A DNA stretch of 64,000 bases, from the NCBI RefSeq assembly GCF_006345805.1, contig NC_043001.1:22134001-22198000 (forward strand). The letters run 5' to 3'. The DNA is from Octopus sinensis. Its lineage: Eukaryota. Both the position numbers and the translations under genes were made by a program. The notes beneath the pieces were generated by a model. That model saw only the letters and a list, made by a program, of their open reading frames with translations, was not told the DNA's origin and made no database searches. Positions 63,760-64,000 of this stretch are shown here, in pieces; within the stretch, counting starts at the first letter, position 1; every line of letters starts with the position of its first letter.

Positions 63760-64000
63760 TACCGTAAATCCTCGAGTATAGTCTGCTCTTGTGTATAATA
63801 CGCAGGGGATTTTTAGGGGTTGTACCTCTGAAAAACCTAAACCTTGTGTATAATACGCACTCCTTCTCGAACTTGAGTCAAGGAGGTCTATATAACGTCC
63901 TTGGTTTACTGTATACTGTAACATCCTTTATTATTATTATATATATAACATAATGCAAACGTGTAGCTTTTTTGTGCATTTTGTTTGCAGAAAATAAAGA
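63760..64000. mobile_element. Left end of a Tigger/pogo-like DNA element (runs off window)
   Basis: TA-ccgtaaatcctcgagtata with repeated cttgtgtataatacgca. Confidence 0.55.

Overview
AT-rich, repeat-saturated eukaryotic DNA. The SINE families, (TA)/(CA)/(GA) microsatellites and very long introns look like an octopus (coleoid cephalopod) genome; the taxon is an inference. The only host coding segment I can recognise is one 201-nt phase 0-0 exon of a tetraspanin gene on the minus strand (12907-13107). The rest is intronic or intergenic: four SINE-like families, TTAA-flanked piggyBac-type MITEs, two mariner remnants, hAT MITEs, a non-autonomous Helitron, RTE-X and CR1-like LINE ends, a degenerate Cys-rich transposon ORF, and Penelope-like fragments with minimal hammerhead ribozyme motifs. 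The least ordinary structures are: a ~1 kb inverted duplication (23856-24890 vs 42475-43750) that encloses ~17.5 kb and carries a 49-bp hairpin in each arm; a fold-back element joining a tRNA-like head to a hammerhead motif (29749-30192); a SINE+2 MITE composite bounded by a 22-bp direct repeat (39117-39791); and a pre-miRNA-like hairpin (54312-54375). Nearly all ORFs in the supplied track are repeat-derived noise. Repeat boundaries were read by eye and are approximate.
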